A DNA stretch of 64,000 nucleotides from a virus (IMGVR_UViG_3300031998_000005), one strand, 5' to 3'; positions 37,358 to 47,651 are shown, counted from the first letter of the stretch. Program-made: numbers and translations. The notes: generated by a model from the sequence alone, not told the origin.

Positions 37358-39226
37358 CTACACTGCCCAAGGTGACACGTAAGGACTGATACCCATAATC
37401 GGAGTAGTTCCAGGATTCTTGGAAGCAGCCAAGACTGCGTCACGCATCGCCTCGGTTTGTTCCTTTTGTGCTTGCCAATCTTCCAACCTATACACGGGTG
37501 CTTCACCCGCAACAGACGCACGGGCTTGAGCCAAGGTAGCCTCGGCATCCGCAGGGGATGTTAGAGCAGTTTCTTTACGAGATACAACCACTCCCCCTTG
37601 TGCCGAAGTAGTGTCTATGGCGACACCGCCCTGCGTTCTTTGCCGTTTAGATTCAGCCTTTTTAGCCAAGCGTTCGGCTTCCGTAGCCCTAGTCTGCTCA
37701 AGAGCGGATGTGACAGGTTTCTTCTCCGTCCAATGCGGACCGATAAGCGGAGCGTGGTCAAACAGGTTTATCAACCCGTTAAAGCCCGCCATCGCCTGTG
37801 CGGACAGTTCCATAATAGATGACACGATAAACGGCATTATCAACTTGGTCATATCCATTATGGCTCCCGCCAAACTACTGAATATCGGCACAAGTCTATC
37901 AAAGGACATAATGGCACTTGCGACCATACCCCAAGGTCCAAGGAATTTCAATGCCGAGCCTGCAAGAGAACCCAACTTACCAACAATTCCACCAAGAGCC
38001 TTGGTGATACCGCCCATATTGACAGCACCCGCCTTACTACCAAATTTTCCCACAGATGCAACAGGTTTATTGACAGTAGCCTGTGGACTTGTCCTCTGCC
38101 TAGTAGGACCGTTAGGACGAGTAGTTTGCGTATTCGCCTTTTCAAACTTCGCATTCTTCGGAGCGGGTCTTGCTTCCACGGGCTGTGGAGTAGCCTGCGG
38201 AGCAGTCGGCTCGGCTTTGGGCGTAATAGGTTCGGCAGACTTTGAAACCTCGGCAACGGCATTCGTGGCTTCGTTTACAGCAGTTTCAACATCTGCCTTT
38301 GTAATAGTGGGAGTTTCTGCGGGGGTCTTGGAAACTTCGGCTTCCTGTTTCTTTTCAATATCCGCAGAACTCTCAACACCTTCCCGTGTAAGAACAGGGG
38401 TTTCATTAGACTTATTGGAACGTATTGCATTAGCGACATCCTTAATAGCCTGTTCCATCTTCGGAACACTGAATTTAGCCCTGCCCGAAAGCAACTGCTT
38501 TTCAAAAGTTTCGCCTTCGCCTGCCAAAGCCTTAACTTGCTGTGCCCTATCCGAATACAACTTGGCTGCGGAGCCTGGGTCGGAGATATTTTCCCGTGCC
38601 GCTACGGTAGCAGACGCTTCTTTCATCCACCACGCTTCATCGTCATATTTTTCCTTAACCGCTTCGGCAGCAGGGGTTTCCTTCTTCTCCTTAACGAAGC
38701 GACTCAATCCGTTCACAAGGAACTTTCCGAGAGAGTCACCCCCAGAATTAGCGATACCCCCAAGAGCAGACTCTATCGTTCCGTATTTATCTTGAATGGC
38801 AAAGTTGGCTTCGGCACGTTTCTGTTCTATTTCTTTTAGGTTAGCATTCAAAGCCTTATTAAAAGTCCTAAAAGTCTGCTGTTGTTCACGAATAGCCTTT
38901 ATCTGTTCTTCCGTGACTTGGGGCACAAGCCTTTCAGCCATATCCATCATACGCAGATGGCGTTCACGCTCAATCTTATCTTCGGCAACTTTTGTTTGAA
39001 GCAGATTACGGATAGTCTGTTGGACATCCTCGGCTTCACCTGTCTTTCTCGCAACAAGGTTGGCAGCAGTTTGGTCACGAACCGCCTGCTGTAATTTATC
39101 TACGGCAGTCGCTACTACGTCCATACCCGCAGTAGCACCTTTCAAGACATCAGCAATAGGGGATTTTTCCGAAGCCCGCTCACGCTGTTGCTTCAAGCCA
39201 TCCATAAGTTCTTGAAAAGTTGCCAT
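37358..39226 (-). CDS. putative tape measure protein
   Basis: 622 aa, helical and Ala-rich with a GGIVGKLGSLAG...hydrophobic segment; follows the chaperone genes. Confidence 0.6.
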   Translation of the reverse strand: MATFQELMDGLKQQRERASEKSPIADVLKGATAGMDVVATAVDKLQQAVRDQTAANLVARKTGEAEDVQQTIRNLLQTKVAEDKIERERHLRMMDMAERLVPQVTEEQIKAIREQQQTFRTFNKALNANLKEIEQKRAEANFAIQDKYGTIESALGGIANSGGDSLGKFLVNGLSRFVKEKKETPAAEAVKEKYDDEAWWMKEASATVAARENISDPGSAAKLYSDRAQQVKALAGEGETFEKQLLSGRAKFSVPKMEQAIKDVANAIRSNKSNETPVLTREGVESSADIEKKQEAEVSKTPAETPTITKADVETAVNEATNAVAEVSKSAEPITPKAEPTAPQATPQPVEARPAPKNAKFEKANTQTTRPNGPTRQRTSPQATVNKPVASVGKFGSKAGAVNMGGITKALGGIVGKLGSLAGSALKFLGPWGMVASAIMSFDRLVPIFSSLAGAIMDMTKLIMPFIVSSIMELSAQAMAGFNGLINLFDHAPLIGPHWTEKKPVTSALEQTRATEAERLAKKAESKRQRTQGGVAIDTTSAQGGVVVSRKETALTSPADAEATLAQARASVAGEAPVYRLEDWQAQKEQTEAMRDAVLAASKNPGTTPIMGISPYVSPWAV

Positions 39227-39233
39227 AGTTAAT

Positions 39234-39431
39234 TTACCTCGTCATAGTTCGTCTAGCCTGTGACTGTGCCTGCTTTCGTTCCTTTTCAAGCATTTCTTCA
39301 CGGGCACGTAAATAATCTTCAACCTCTGCCACCGATTTGGTCATATCCAAATCAAAGCCTAAAATTAGTCTTATATCTGCTAGTCGCTTCCTTGTCAAGA
39401 AAGGGTGTATATTGAGTGACCTCCACGGCAC
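39234..39431 (-). CDS. tail or hub assembly chaperone C-terminal part (gp51/GT-like), possibly frameshift-fused
   Basis: Short helical ORF overlapping the 3' end of 39352..40092 and lying directly before the tape measure. Confidence 0.45.
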   Translation of the reverse strand: MPWRSLNIHPFLTRKRLADIRLILGFDLDMTKSVAEVEDYLRAREEMLEKERKQAQSQARRTMTR

Positions 39432-40092
39432 TCAAAGCCACGCTGTATTTCTTCTTGCACTTGGGGCATTCAAACTCTGCCTGCGTGTCATCCAGGAAAT
39501 ACCGCTTGATTGCTTCAAGCATAAGGTTCAACAAGCAGAAATCATCAATAGCCAAAATCTTTTCACGAACCCCCTCGGAACTGCCGTCCACACGGAGAAC
39601 ATACGGAGCAATAATATCCACGAACTTGGCAGGGTCAAAATCATCAAGGGTTGTATTCTGCGTAAGGTTCAACTTGCTAACCATATCGTCCCAGGCTTCC
39701 AAGGTCGGATAGCCCAATTCCCACTTACCATTGTCAATAGTAAGCGGATAGGGGTCTTCATCAGTAAGACTAGGCACAGGGGGAAAATCCTTCATCGTGA
39801 TAGTCCGCTTATGCTTGTCATCACAATACGGACAAGTCAAGTCCAATGTCCAAGACTGCTTGGGGTATGCGTGGAATGCGAGCATCGCAAGCAAGTATTT
39901 CACGTCCACGGGAACGAGTTTGCTTGCGTCAATTTGGTCATCCACAAGCACTTGGATAAGTTTTGCGACCTCCACCAAGGGCGGGTTCTTTCCAAGGTCA
40001 ATAGCCTGTTGCAAGTTCATAGCCTTCATCTTGAACGACTTGAACTGATACGGCTTGAAATTGGACGGAAGGGAGTTTACAGGTATAATCAT
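39352..40092 (-). CDS. baseplate hub or tail assembly chaperone (T4 gp26-like)
   Basis: LPS...DVKYLLAML...CPYC...YPTL...CPKC pattern; lies between tube and tape measure genes. Confidence 0.65.
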   Translation of the reverse strand: MIIPVNSLPSNFKPYQFKSFKMKAMNLQQAIDLGKNPPLVEVAKLIQVLVDDQIDASKLVPVDVKYLLAMLAFHAYPKQSWTLDLTCPYCDDKHKRTITMKDFPPVPSLTDEDPYPLTIDNGKWELGYPTLEAWDDMVSKLNLTQNTTLDDFDPAKFVDIIAPYVLRVDGSSEGVREKILAIDDFCLLNLMLEAIKRYFLDDTQAEFECPKCKKKYSVALSAVEVTQYTPFLDKEATSRYKTNFRL

Positions 40093-40110
40093 CGGTTTAC
40101 CTCGGTTGTT

Positions 40111-40533
40111 TTAGATGGCTCTCAAAGTGAGTTTCACATTGAGAATTTCTGCGTCCTTGTAGTTCACAGAATCGGGTGGTTCGTAATCGGCAAGATAGCA
40201 TTTAACCTGTGTAGGATTATCTGCGTGACCCCACATAAGGGTAATCGGCAACCGCTCGTCAATGTAGCCAGGATGAACAGTAGCCGTATAAAGGTCACGC
40301 AACAGCATTTCCTGTCGGTTTGTCACGTAGGCTTCAACAGTAAATTCGGGGGTTTTCAACTCCCCGTCCGATAGAATGAACGGGCGTAGTCCTCCAACGT
40401 CGGAAATAGCCAACTTGTTCAACTCGTCAAAGCCACGGGGGAACTTGCACTCCGCATCAAAATGAGCAGTGTCAAGAAACGTAGTGTCAATCGCCTGTTG
40501 AACAGAAAGTCCATTTTCTCTTGTAAAAGCCAT
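40111..40533 (-). CDS. putative tail-tube-like protein
   Basis: 140 aa; C-terminal DSVNYKDAEILNVKLTL parallels the tube protein's NYQSDSAEIGSVQLDI. Confidence 0.45.
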   Translation of the reverse strand: MAFTRENGLSVQQAIDTTFLDTAHFDAECKFPRGFDELNKLAISDVGGLRPFILSDGELKTPEFTVEAYVTNRQEMLLRDLYTATVHPGYIDERLPITLMWGHADNPTQVKCYLADYEPPDSVNYKDAEILNVKLTLRAI

Positions 40534-40539
40534 ACTCTA

Positions 40540-40553
40540 AATATACATTATTT
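40540..40553 (-). promoter_or_regulatory. putative late-type promoter
   Basis: AAATAATGTATATTT between the terminator and 40533; matches 15321-15334. Confidence 0.45.
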
Positions 40554-40581
40554 GGATTGTTTGCGGAAATACTTATACACT

Positions 40582-40612
40582 AAAAACCCGCCCATACGGA
40601 TATGAGCGGGTT
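40582..40612 (-). terminator. intrinsic terminator after the tube gene
   Basis: AACCCGCTCATA-TCCG-TATGGGCGGGTT plus U-tract. Confidence 0.75.
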
Positions 40613-40633
40613 AGTTCTACTAGCACTTGGGAG

Positions 40634-41218
40634 TTAGGTATTACCGTCGCCCGTAGTCCATCCGTGGCAACGAATATCAAGTTGGACAGAACCGATTTCG
40701 GCACTATCGGACTGATAGTTCGGAGACTGCACCTTATTGAACTGCACACCCTTGAGATAATAGGTAATAGCAACGCCAGGGTCGCCATCCTTGTTGGAAT
40801 TACCAAGAGAGGTCAAGGTAATGCCGTCAAAGGTGTATTCCTTTTTCTCGTTGATGTTGCGGTGTTCAAAGTAGCCCGCAGTGTTATTGGCTACGTTCAC
40901 GAGAGCCTTGAAAATACGATGGTCCATATTTTCATAAATGTCAATCGGGAGAGAGTCAATAAAGCGGTCTTGCCACGCAGCCTGCGAAATATGGATGCCC
41001 TTGATTTCCGCTTCGGCATACGTGATTTCAGTTTCAAACTGAAAATCCGAATGACAAGCGAACGACATCTGCAAGCGGGGGTCGTTGTCCACATCGCCCA
41101 TAAGTTCTTTCAACTTATTACACTTGCTAAAGTCAATTCGCCAGTTAGACGTGACCGCATAGTTGTATTCGTTGAAGTTGCTACCAAGCAATTCACCAAT
41201 TTTAATGTTCTGCGGCAT
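40634..41218 (-). CDS. tail tube protein (gp19-like)
   Basis: 194 aa directly after the sheath gene, with a tube-like strand pattern. Confidence 0.7.
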   Translation of the reverse strand: MPQNIKIGELLGSNFNEYNYAVTSNWRIDFSKCNKLKELMGDVDNDPRLQMSFACHSDFQFETEITYAEAEIKGIHISQAAWQDRFIDSLPIDIYENMDHRIFKALVNVANNTAGYFEHRNINEKKEYTFDGITLTSLGNSNKDGDPGVAITYYLKGVQFNKVQSPNYQSDSAEIGSVQLDIRCHGWTTGDGNT

Positions 41219-41221
41219 AAG

Positions 41222-43486
41222 TTAAGCCTCCTGTGCAAGCGACACAGCCAAAGTCTGCGTCTGGCTGTATGCAGTGATATAGACATCCACGAACCTTGCA
41301 ACACCCTTGAAACGGATAGCGTAGTCAAAGCGGAGAACTTCGTCACCGATTACGTTCTTGTCCGCATTGACAATACCCTCTTCAATGTAGTTCTTGTCAA
41401 TAAAGTTCTGGTTCAACTGATTAAGCACGGCAAGACCACGATTCACAGTGGATTGGTCGTTGTATTCAGCCACAAACGCCTTCATAGCGTCATAGATGGC
41501 GAACTTCATCCAAAGGAACGAAATAATGCAGTGAATATCGGAAAGCGATGTGTCCGTAAGTTGGCTCGTGCGTTCTTCCCAAAGATAGTAGCCACCATCT
41601 TCAATGACGGGGTTAATCTTCAACTGACGAGCAAGCATATTACGTTCGGGACCGCTAAACTGCTGCGAGAGTTCCAAACAGGAAATCTGTCCGTAGGTGT
41701 AGCCAAACGGAGGACGTGCTTCAATGCCATCGTTGTAATGGCTGTTGAGCAAGTCTGCAACCAAGCAAGCCATCGTGACCGCAGTTCTCTTACCCGCAAG
41801 GGTGCGGTAAGCATACTGACAATAGTCAGCGATAAAGCGGTTGCCGTGGCGACCCGTAAGGTTAGCGAACACATCAAACGCAGCGGAACGACCGATGTTA
41901 GACAAACCAAGGGTTGCTTCGTTGGAAGACGTAATAGCCGAAATGTAATCGGCAGGGTTCATCACGTCGCCAAGGTTCGGAGTAGCAAGACAACGCCAAC
42001 GGGTAAGGTTGTCGCCAAGCAAGACTTGGAGAGCCTGCGAGTAGGCGTAGGACTTGTTCTGCCCAAGGATTTGGTTCGGGGTAATCATACCCTCAAAGTA
42101 TTTCAGTTCGTTGGTCAGCGAATCGTTGTCGTAGTCAATGGTATAGTCGCCAAAGGTTTCGCTAGACTTCGGAACGAGATACTTGGAACTACCCATCACG
42201 GCATCAGCCTGCATAGAGATATAGTTAGCGTCAAAGTCATCGTAGGACATAGACACCACATAATCGTTCTTGCAGTAAGTTCCGTAGTAGGAAGCCCAAA
42301 ATTCGTTCTGCTCACCCATAAACATATAGGCGTTGCGGTTCTTGAGATAGAGTTGAGTGCTGATGTTGAACTTTGCAACATAGTTGCCGTCAGCCCCCTT
42401 GGAAACAGTCACGTTGCCACACGGGAACGCATAGAAACCAGGGGAAACCTTGCGACCAACTTCGGGGTCTTCGGCAATCGGCAAAGTCACCTGTGCAGAC
42501 AGGGAAACAGACAGACCAAAGCAGTTGAGTTCCTGCCTACCGCCATCCTTGCCCGAATACAACAGATACACGCCATACTTGTCATCTTCGCCCGAATCCG
42601 AACCTTCAACACCCTCACCAGGCGTGTATTGGAGCGGAATATCCCAAGACGGGTCAATCACAGGGGTCTTGCCATCGGCATACTTGGCACCCTTGATAGC
42701 GTCTGCGAACTTGTCAAACATACCCCAATCGCTACCATTGAACAGGTCGGAGTAGTCAAATTCAGCCATACGGCTCACACGACCATTCACGAACGCAGTA
42801 ATCTTGACAGGGTGTTCGCCTTCAGCACCACCGTCGCTACCCGCAGCCGAACCGACAAGGAAGCCGTCCAACTTGAAATCGCCCGTGGCGGTAATCAAAC
42901 TAGACACATCGGGGTTAAATGCGAGTTCTGCGGTCACGTCTTCGTCAATGTGGTTAGCACCATCAAAGTCAAACAACTGCACACGGACGGAACGACCTTC
43001 CTTGGCATAGGCAGACTGCGTGATGGGTTCGCTGAAACGAACAACCACGTTCTTGTTATCCTTGGCACAATAGTCGCCTTCGCCCTTAAAGTAGAGCAGA
43101 ACTTCATCGCTCTCAACAGGGGAAGCAATAGCAGACGCAGGCATCTGCGTATTGGCAACCAACTTACCATCTTCAATAGACAACTTAATCAAACCGAACG
43201 GCTTATCAGCGGGGAGCAGTTCGGGGTCTTTTGCACGGCAAAGGACCTGCGGAACTTTACGTTGTGCGAGAAGATAGGCTTCCATCGCAGCAAGTCCGTG
43301 GCGTTCCATATTCGGAGTGCCGAACGTCTTAACGTAATCGTCTTCGCTAGAAATCAAGATGGGTGTATTACAAAGTCCCCTGTCCGCTTCAATAGCACCC
43401 GCAGAACGGAAGCCGATAGCAACAGCAGAACGCTGCGACTTGTCAATCAAGTAAACGCCAACACCGGCAGAGTCGTTAATAGGCAT
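41222..43486 (-). CDS. tail sheath protein (gp18-like)
   Basis: N-terminal SAGVGVYLIDKS...PILISSEDDYVKTFGTP; C-terminal RPPFGYTYG...ERNMLARQLKINPV...WEERT...FVAEYND. Confidence 0.9.
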   Translation of the reverse strand: MPINDSAGVGVYLIDKSQRSAVAIGFRSAGAIEADRGLCNTPILISSEDDYVKTFGTPNMERHGLAAMEAYLLAQRKVPQVLCRAKDPELLPADKPFGLIKLSIEDGKLVANTQMPASAIASPVESDEVLLYFKGEGDYCAKDNKNVVVRFSEPITQSAYAKEGRSVRVQLFDFDGANHIDEDVTAELAFNPDVSSLITATGDFKLDGFLVGSAAGSDGGAEGEHPVKITAFVNGRVSRMAEFDYSDLFNGSDWGMFDKFADAIKGAKYADGKTPVIDPSWDIPLQYTPGEGVEGSDSGEDDKYGVYLLYSGKDGGRQELNCFGLSVSLSAQVTLPIAEDPEVGRKVSPGFYAFPCGNVTVSKGADGNYVAKFNISTQLYLKNRNAYMFMGEQNEFWASYYGTYCKNDYVVSMSYDDFDANYISMQADAVMGSSKYLVPKSSETFGDYTIDYDNDSLTNELKYFEGMITPNQILGQNKSYAYSQALQVLLGDNLTRWRCLATPNLGDVMNPADYISAITSSNEATLGLSNIGRSAAFDVFANLTGRHGNRFIADYCQYAYRTLAGKRTAVTMACLVADLLNSHYNDGIEARPPFGYTYGQISCLELSQQFSGPERNMLARQLKINPVIEDGGYYLWEERTSQLTDTSLSDIHCIISFLWMKFAIYDAMKAFVAEYNDQSTVNRGLAVLNQLNQNFIDKNYIEEGIVNADKNVIGDEVLRFDYAIRFKGVARFVDVYITAYSQTQTLAVSLAQEA

Positions 43487-43488
43487 TT

Positions 43489-44655
43489 TTACTTCTCCTT
43501 GTTATACATATTTTTGGCAACGATGGAATCCATTTCCACCGTCTTTTCGGGTGCTCGGCTCATAGCGGACTCGTGCATTCTGTCAAGCAAAGCCATTTCG
43601 TCAGTGATGACTGCCTGGTGCTTTTCAGCCACTTTTTCGGGAGCATACTTGCGGGTAAAACCTTCTGCCATTTCAGCACCCATATACTTGGTTGCAACTT
43701 TCCTGGCTTCGTTCACATCTTCCTGCAAGAGCGACTTTACAAGGGTGGCGACTTTCTTCTTATCATTACCAACAAAGGATTCTCCCTTGAAACGATACTG
43801 CGAGGCGACACTTTCGCACGGCTCGGCTTCTTCCATCGCAGCACACCATTCGTCATCTTCGCAAGTATCTGCCTTTTGGCAAAGGGCATTGTCAATAATG
43901 CAGTTCACGGCAGACACAAGGAAAGAACGGAGTTCTTCAAGTTCGTAATCGGTCGGGTATTCGGGGATATTAAGGGCAAGGTCGCCCGTTTCGTCATTAT
44001 AACCACCATCAATGGTGTCCGCTCCGTAATACGGGGCAGGCACAAATTCCTGGGTAGGCTTGACGAGTTCTGCCGAACCACGGACGAGCAACTGACCGCC
44101 TTCATTGGCGATAGTCACGCCTGTGCCTTCCAAAGCGTCATTAGCAAGAGCGATGACGGCATCAAGTTCAATCGGGAAACCATCGGTGTCCACAGCGTTT
44201 TCAAGTTCTTCTTTCTTCTTGAAACTAGAACCCGTGGTCTTGTTTAGGGCATCCATAAACTTGTCGGGGTCATCAACCTCAATAGCAGAACCGTCGCCAT
44301 CTACGACATATTTCTTGCCGTCCTTTTCAAAGGACTTCACGGAGTTCTTGCCATCGCTGTAAACGGATTCAGCCTTAACAGGGTCAAACTCTACGGACAC
44401 GTTATAAGTAGCGTTGTAGCCGTTGGAAATCGGTGTCATACGAACGGACTCAATGACAGGCGAGGATGCCTTAATCTTGTCCATAAGTTGCGTGACGGCA
44501 CCTGCACCGCCCGTTACGGATTCGGTAAACGAGAAGCGACCACTCTTGTATTGGTCAATGTGGAACGCTTCACCGATGCCGTGACCAAAAGTAGCCTTAA
44601 TCCCGTTAGACAGGTCAGCCCAAAATTTAGTCTTTGCGTTTTCAGTGAAATTCAT
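43489..44655 (-). CDS. putative virion or prohead core protein
   Basis: 388 aa acidic, many x-E-S sites; precedes the sheath gene; own TATATT near 44690. Confidence 0.5.
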   Translation of the reverse strand: MNFTENAKTKFWADLSNGIKATFGHGIGEAFHIDQYKSGRFSFTESVTGGAGAVTQLMDKIKASSPVIESVRMTPISNGYNATYNVSVEFDPVKAESVYSDGKNSVKSFEKDGKKYVVDGDGSAIEVDDPDKFMDALNKTTGSSFKKKEELENAVDTDGFPIELDAVIALANDALEGTGVTIANEGGQLLVRGSAELVKPTQEFVPAPYYGADTIDGGYNDETGDLALNIPEYPTDYELEELRSFLVSAVNCIIDNALCQKADTCEDDEWCAAMEEAEPCESVASQYRFKGESFVGNDKKKVATLVKSLLQEDVNEARKVATKYMGAEMAEGFTRKYAPEKVAEKHQAVITDEMALLDRMHESAMSRAPEKTVEMDSIVAKNMYNKEK

Positions 44656-44774
44656 TGTTAGGAACTCCTAGTTTAGTATATACTTCCCAAAATATAAATA
44701 AAAAATCCCGTTGGAAAACCAACGGAATAATGTTTATTTGAAAATGTTGAACCGATTTTATTTTATACAAAATA

Positions 44775-44833
44775 AATATAACAAATTACCTAGTAATATA
44801 ACAAGATACCTAATAAATATAACAAAATACCTA
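44775..44833. repeat. three direct copies of AATATAACAA(N)2TACCTA
   Basis: Copies start at 44775, 44795 and 44816 (20-21 bp period). Confidence 0.85.
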
Positions 44834-44854
44834 CAAAGTATCTGTCAAATTATT

Positions 44855-45019
44855 TCAGCACTGCACGGCTTCACGACCCCATTGTTCGTCAAGGTCGGGG
44901 TGTTCTTTGCGGAACTTTACCAAAGCCTTATGGATTTCCCAATCTATGTTCAATCCTTCCTTTTCGCACTTGGGCTTTAATTCGTTATAGAGTTCCTTTA
45001 CCTTTTCTTCCATTGTCAT
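44855..45019 (-). CDS. small hypothetical protein (54 aa, MTMEEKVKELY...)
   Basis: Read manually; GAGG SD and ACAACCAC leader. Confidence 0.5.
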   Translation of the reverse strand: MTMEEKVKELYNELKPKCEKEGLNIDWEIHKALVKFRKEHPDLDEQWGREAVQC

Positions 45020-45140
45020 TGTATAACCTCATTTGAGTATTAAATGTGGTTGTCCATATACTATATAGCAACATACTATCAAAAACGAAAAGTTGCCGAT
45101 TTCTCGGCAACCATTCGCAACCAATCCCCTAGCACGAACA

Positions 45141-46820
45141 TTAGAGTTCGGGTTCGGGCATACCCGCAGGGTTCGGGGCTTCACCAGGCTCGCCATCGGA
45201 TGTCAGTTCTTCACCACCACCCTCTTCACCACCTTCGGGAGAGTATTCCTGTTCCACTTGGTCAATCACGGAGTCTTCGTCTTCTTCGGAGTCGGCTTCA
45301 CCACCGTCGGCAGAACCGCCTTCGTCATCAGCGACAATCTGCGTGATAGCGTCAGCCAAGATACCGATGACGTTCATATTGTCTTCGTTCTTGTGGTAAG
45401 ACAAAGCGTTCTTCAAGGTCACGCAGGCTTCGCCAAGTTGCTTGAACGATTCCACTGCGTTCTTCACTGCGTCTTCGGCATAGATAACCTCGTCATCAAA
45501 CTCGCCTGCAAGGGCAGCGTCCTTGACGAGATTATCACAGCAAGTCAGCACGGACTTGGTAAGAACCTCAAATTTCTTGCCAAGGGAAACACGCTTTCTT
45601 GCGGTGTAGGATTCCACCACGATACCGACAACAGCAAAGGTTTCTTCCACATCCCCGAAAGTATCGGAAGCGTCAAGGGCTTCGTCTTCCAAGCCAAAGA
45701 ACAAGGACGTGAACGAATCCCAAAGAGAAGAAATCTTGTCTTTGAGCGTGGACACCAATTCTTTGAGTTTGTCAAGCAGACCCTCGGACACAAGCGATTC
45801 GCCCGCTTTCGGGAGTGAAGCGATGTCGCTCTTGGAAAGCGTAGAAAGGTTGGTCTTGATAATCTGTGTCGGAGTGGACGCTTCTTTCACAATCTGTTCA
45901 ATAAGGTCACGGAGTTCCTTGAACTGCTTGGGGTCTATGATGGCTTCTTCAAGTTTCGGAGCAGTTTCCAACATAGCGTTCATACGTTCAAGGACAGGGG
46001 TAAGGCTGTTCTTTGCGAACTTGTCCTTAACACCATAGGTAGCCCTAGTCACGGTCACAAGTTGAACCACATCGTCAGCGTCCATAAGACCATCAGCGAT
46101 ACTATCCTTGATAGTCTGTGCGTCCACTTCAATGGCTCGTTTGGCATTGTCCATCCAAGCGGTAACAACCTTGTCGCCACGGGTAGCATAACGGCTGTCA
46201 AGAACTGTCAGCAACTGCATAACATCGGGGATGTTAGCATAGTCGGCATACACGACTTTAAGGGCTTCTTTGAGAGCGTCTTCAATGTCGGCTGCCGCCT
46301 TGACTTCGGGCGACTTGTTGAACGAGATAGCGTCCTTGATACCCTTGACAGACTGCTGTTTGAGCAAGTCCACTTTCTCGGAGAACTCGTTGAGTTTCTT
46401 GATGGACGCTTCCAAATCTTCCTTGGACTGCTTGAGGTCTTCGGACTTGGCTTTCAAGTGCTTGCGATGTTCTTCAAGCACGTCCAGGATTTCGCCAAAG
46501 TTGCGGAGTTTGGACTTGTCCTTGATAGTGACCATACCCGCACCGAACTTGGACGCTTCGGACTTCTTGGATTCGTTATACATCTGCGAAAGTTTCTTTG
46601 CAAAGGCTTTCGGACTACCCGAACGAGCGTCCAAACCCACAATTCCGTGGTCGTTAGCATACATACCGATAATGCTTTGGGGATTACACCCTAATTTCCG
46701 CAATTCAGCATTAAGTTTATCCATCCAAATTTCGTCTTCACGATTTTCGGACTGCTTCCCGAACTTACGGGTCGGCTGCACCGATTCAGTAGTATGGTTC
46801 TTAATTGTCATCTTGGACAT
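45141..46820 (-). CDS. putative prohead core or internal protein (coiled coil)
   Basis: Leader MSKMTIKNHTTE, NESKKSE linker, long coiled coil, acidic tail. Confidence 0.55.
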   Translation of the reverse strand: MSKMTIKNHTTESVQPTRKFGKQSENREDEIWMDKLNAELRKLGCNPQSIIGMYANDHGIVGLDARSGSPKAFAKKLSQMYNESKKSEASKFGAGMVTIKDKSKLRNFGEILDVLEEHRKHLKAKSEDLKQSKEDLEASIKKLNEFSEKVDLLKQQSVKGIKDAISFNKSPEVKAAADIEDALKEALKVVYADYANIPDVMQLLTVLDSRYATRGDKVVTAWMDNAKRAIEVDAQTIKDSIADGLMDADDVVQLVTVTRATYGVKDKFAKNSLTPVLERMNAMLETAPKLEEAIIDPKQFKELRDLIEQIVKEASTPTQIIKTNLSTLSKSDIASLPKAGESLVSEGLLDKLKELVSTLKDKISSLWDSFTSLFFGLEDEALDASDTFGDVEETFAVVGIVVESYTARKRVSLGKKFEVLTKSVLTCCDNLVKDAALAGEFDDEVIYAEDAVKNAVESFKQLGEACVTLKNALSYHKNEDNMNVIGILADAITQIVADDEGGSADGGEADSEEDEDSVIDQVEQEYSPEGGEEGGGEELTSDGEPGEAPNPAGMPEPEL

Positions 46821-46831
46821 AACCCTGCTCC

Positions 46832-47548
46832 TTACTTAATTTTCAAATTCTTGTTCGGACGAACACCAAGGTTCTCGGCATACACATAATACGGCTGCGA
46901 AGCACCTTCCATAGTTGCGTCCACATAAACATAGGTTTCTTCAAAGACGGCATCGCCCTCGTTCGTTTCCAAATCGTAGTGTCCGTCATCTGCCATAGCC
47001 TGTTCGGTCTCCGAAACGTCTAACAAGATGTTCGTCCACCCACGTTTATCGGCAATAGCCACGGCTTCTTCCAAAGCACCTTCGGCATTATCGTCATCCA
47101 CGTCCACGTAGATGCCCGTGGTCGTATAACCACTACCCGACCAAATACTAACCTCGGTAGGCAGGAACATTTCTTCGGACGGATAATATGACACAACGCC
47201 ATAGGACTGCCCATCTGCGATGTTCACAGAATAGGGATAATCTTCATCGGGCATATATCCGTTCTCGCCCTCAATCTCACGGGTCGTGAACAATTCATTG
47301 TCCACGAACAACTGCATAAGTTGGCGGGCTTTATCTACAATCTCGGACGATGCTTCGGAGTCTTCAATAATGATGACATCCTTTTCAGCGTCATAACCCA
47401 AAGGCAGTTCCTTGCCGTCCACCACAATAAAGGACTGCTCCCCTTCAAGCACATCAAGGGCAGCGTCCTGCGGGTCTTCGGCTTCGGGGTATAGTTCCGA
47501 CAAGTCTTCGGACGTAAAGTAAAACTTTTGGTTATCGGGTTCAAGCAT
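46832..47548 (-). CDS. acidic putative cargo protein
   Basis: Ends in ...KNLKIK; N-terminal domain resembles a module of 50305..54102. Confidence 0.55.
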   Translation of the reverse strand: MLEPDNQKFYFTSEDLSELYPEAEDPQDAALDVLEGEQSFIVVDGKELPLGYDAEKDVIIIEDSEASSEIVDKARQLMQLFVDNELFTTREIEGENGYMPDEDYPYSVNIADGQSYGVVSYYPSEEMFLPTEVSIWSGSGYTTTGIYVDVDDDNAEGALEEAVAIADKRGWTNILLDVSETEQAMADDGHYDLETNEGDAVFEETYVYVDATMEGASQPYYVYAENLGVRPNKNLKIK

Positions 47549-47625
47549 AAATTACTTACCTGTAAATAACTATTCGTTAGAAATATAACTAAAAATCAGT
47601 ATAAGCGAAAAGCCTTGCATACGGA

Positions 47626-47651
47626 AAAGCACCCCATTTCTAGGGTGCTTT
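47626..47651 (-). terminator. intrinsic terminator
   Basis: AAAGCACCC/GGGTGCTTT stem. Confidence 0.7.

Noticed and set aside
40664-43948. 1094-aa plus-strand ORF, and similar ones at 30206..31624, 48865..50655, 54788..56932 and 59595..61724
   Set aside because: Antisense shadows of sheath, lemA, MCP and protease genes. They have V/L/F-rich nonsense composition and no motifs.
44775-44833. Possible mini-CRISPR array
   Set aside because: The repeats are nearly adjacent with only 2-3 nt between them, so there are no spacers, and no cas genes are present.
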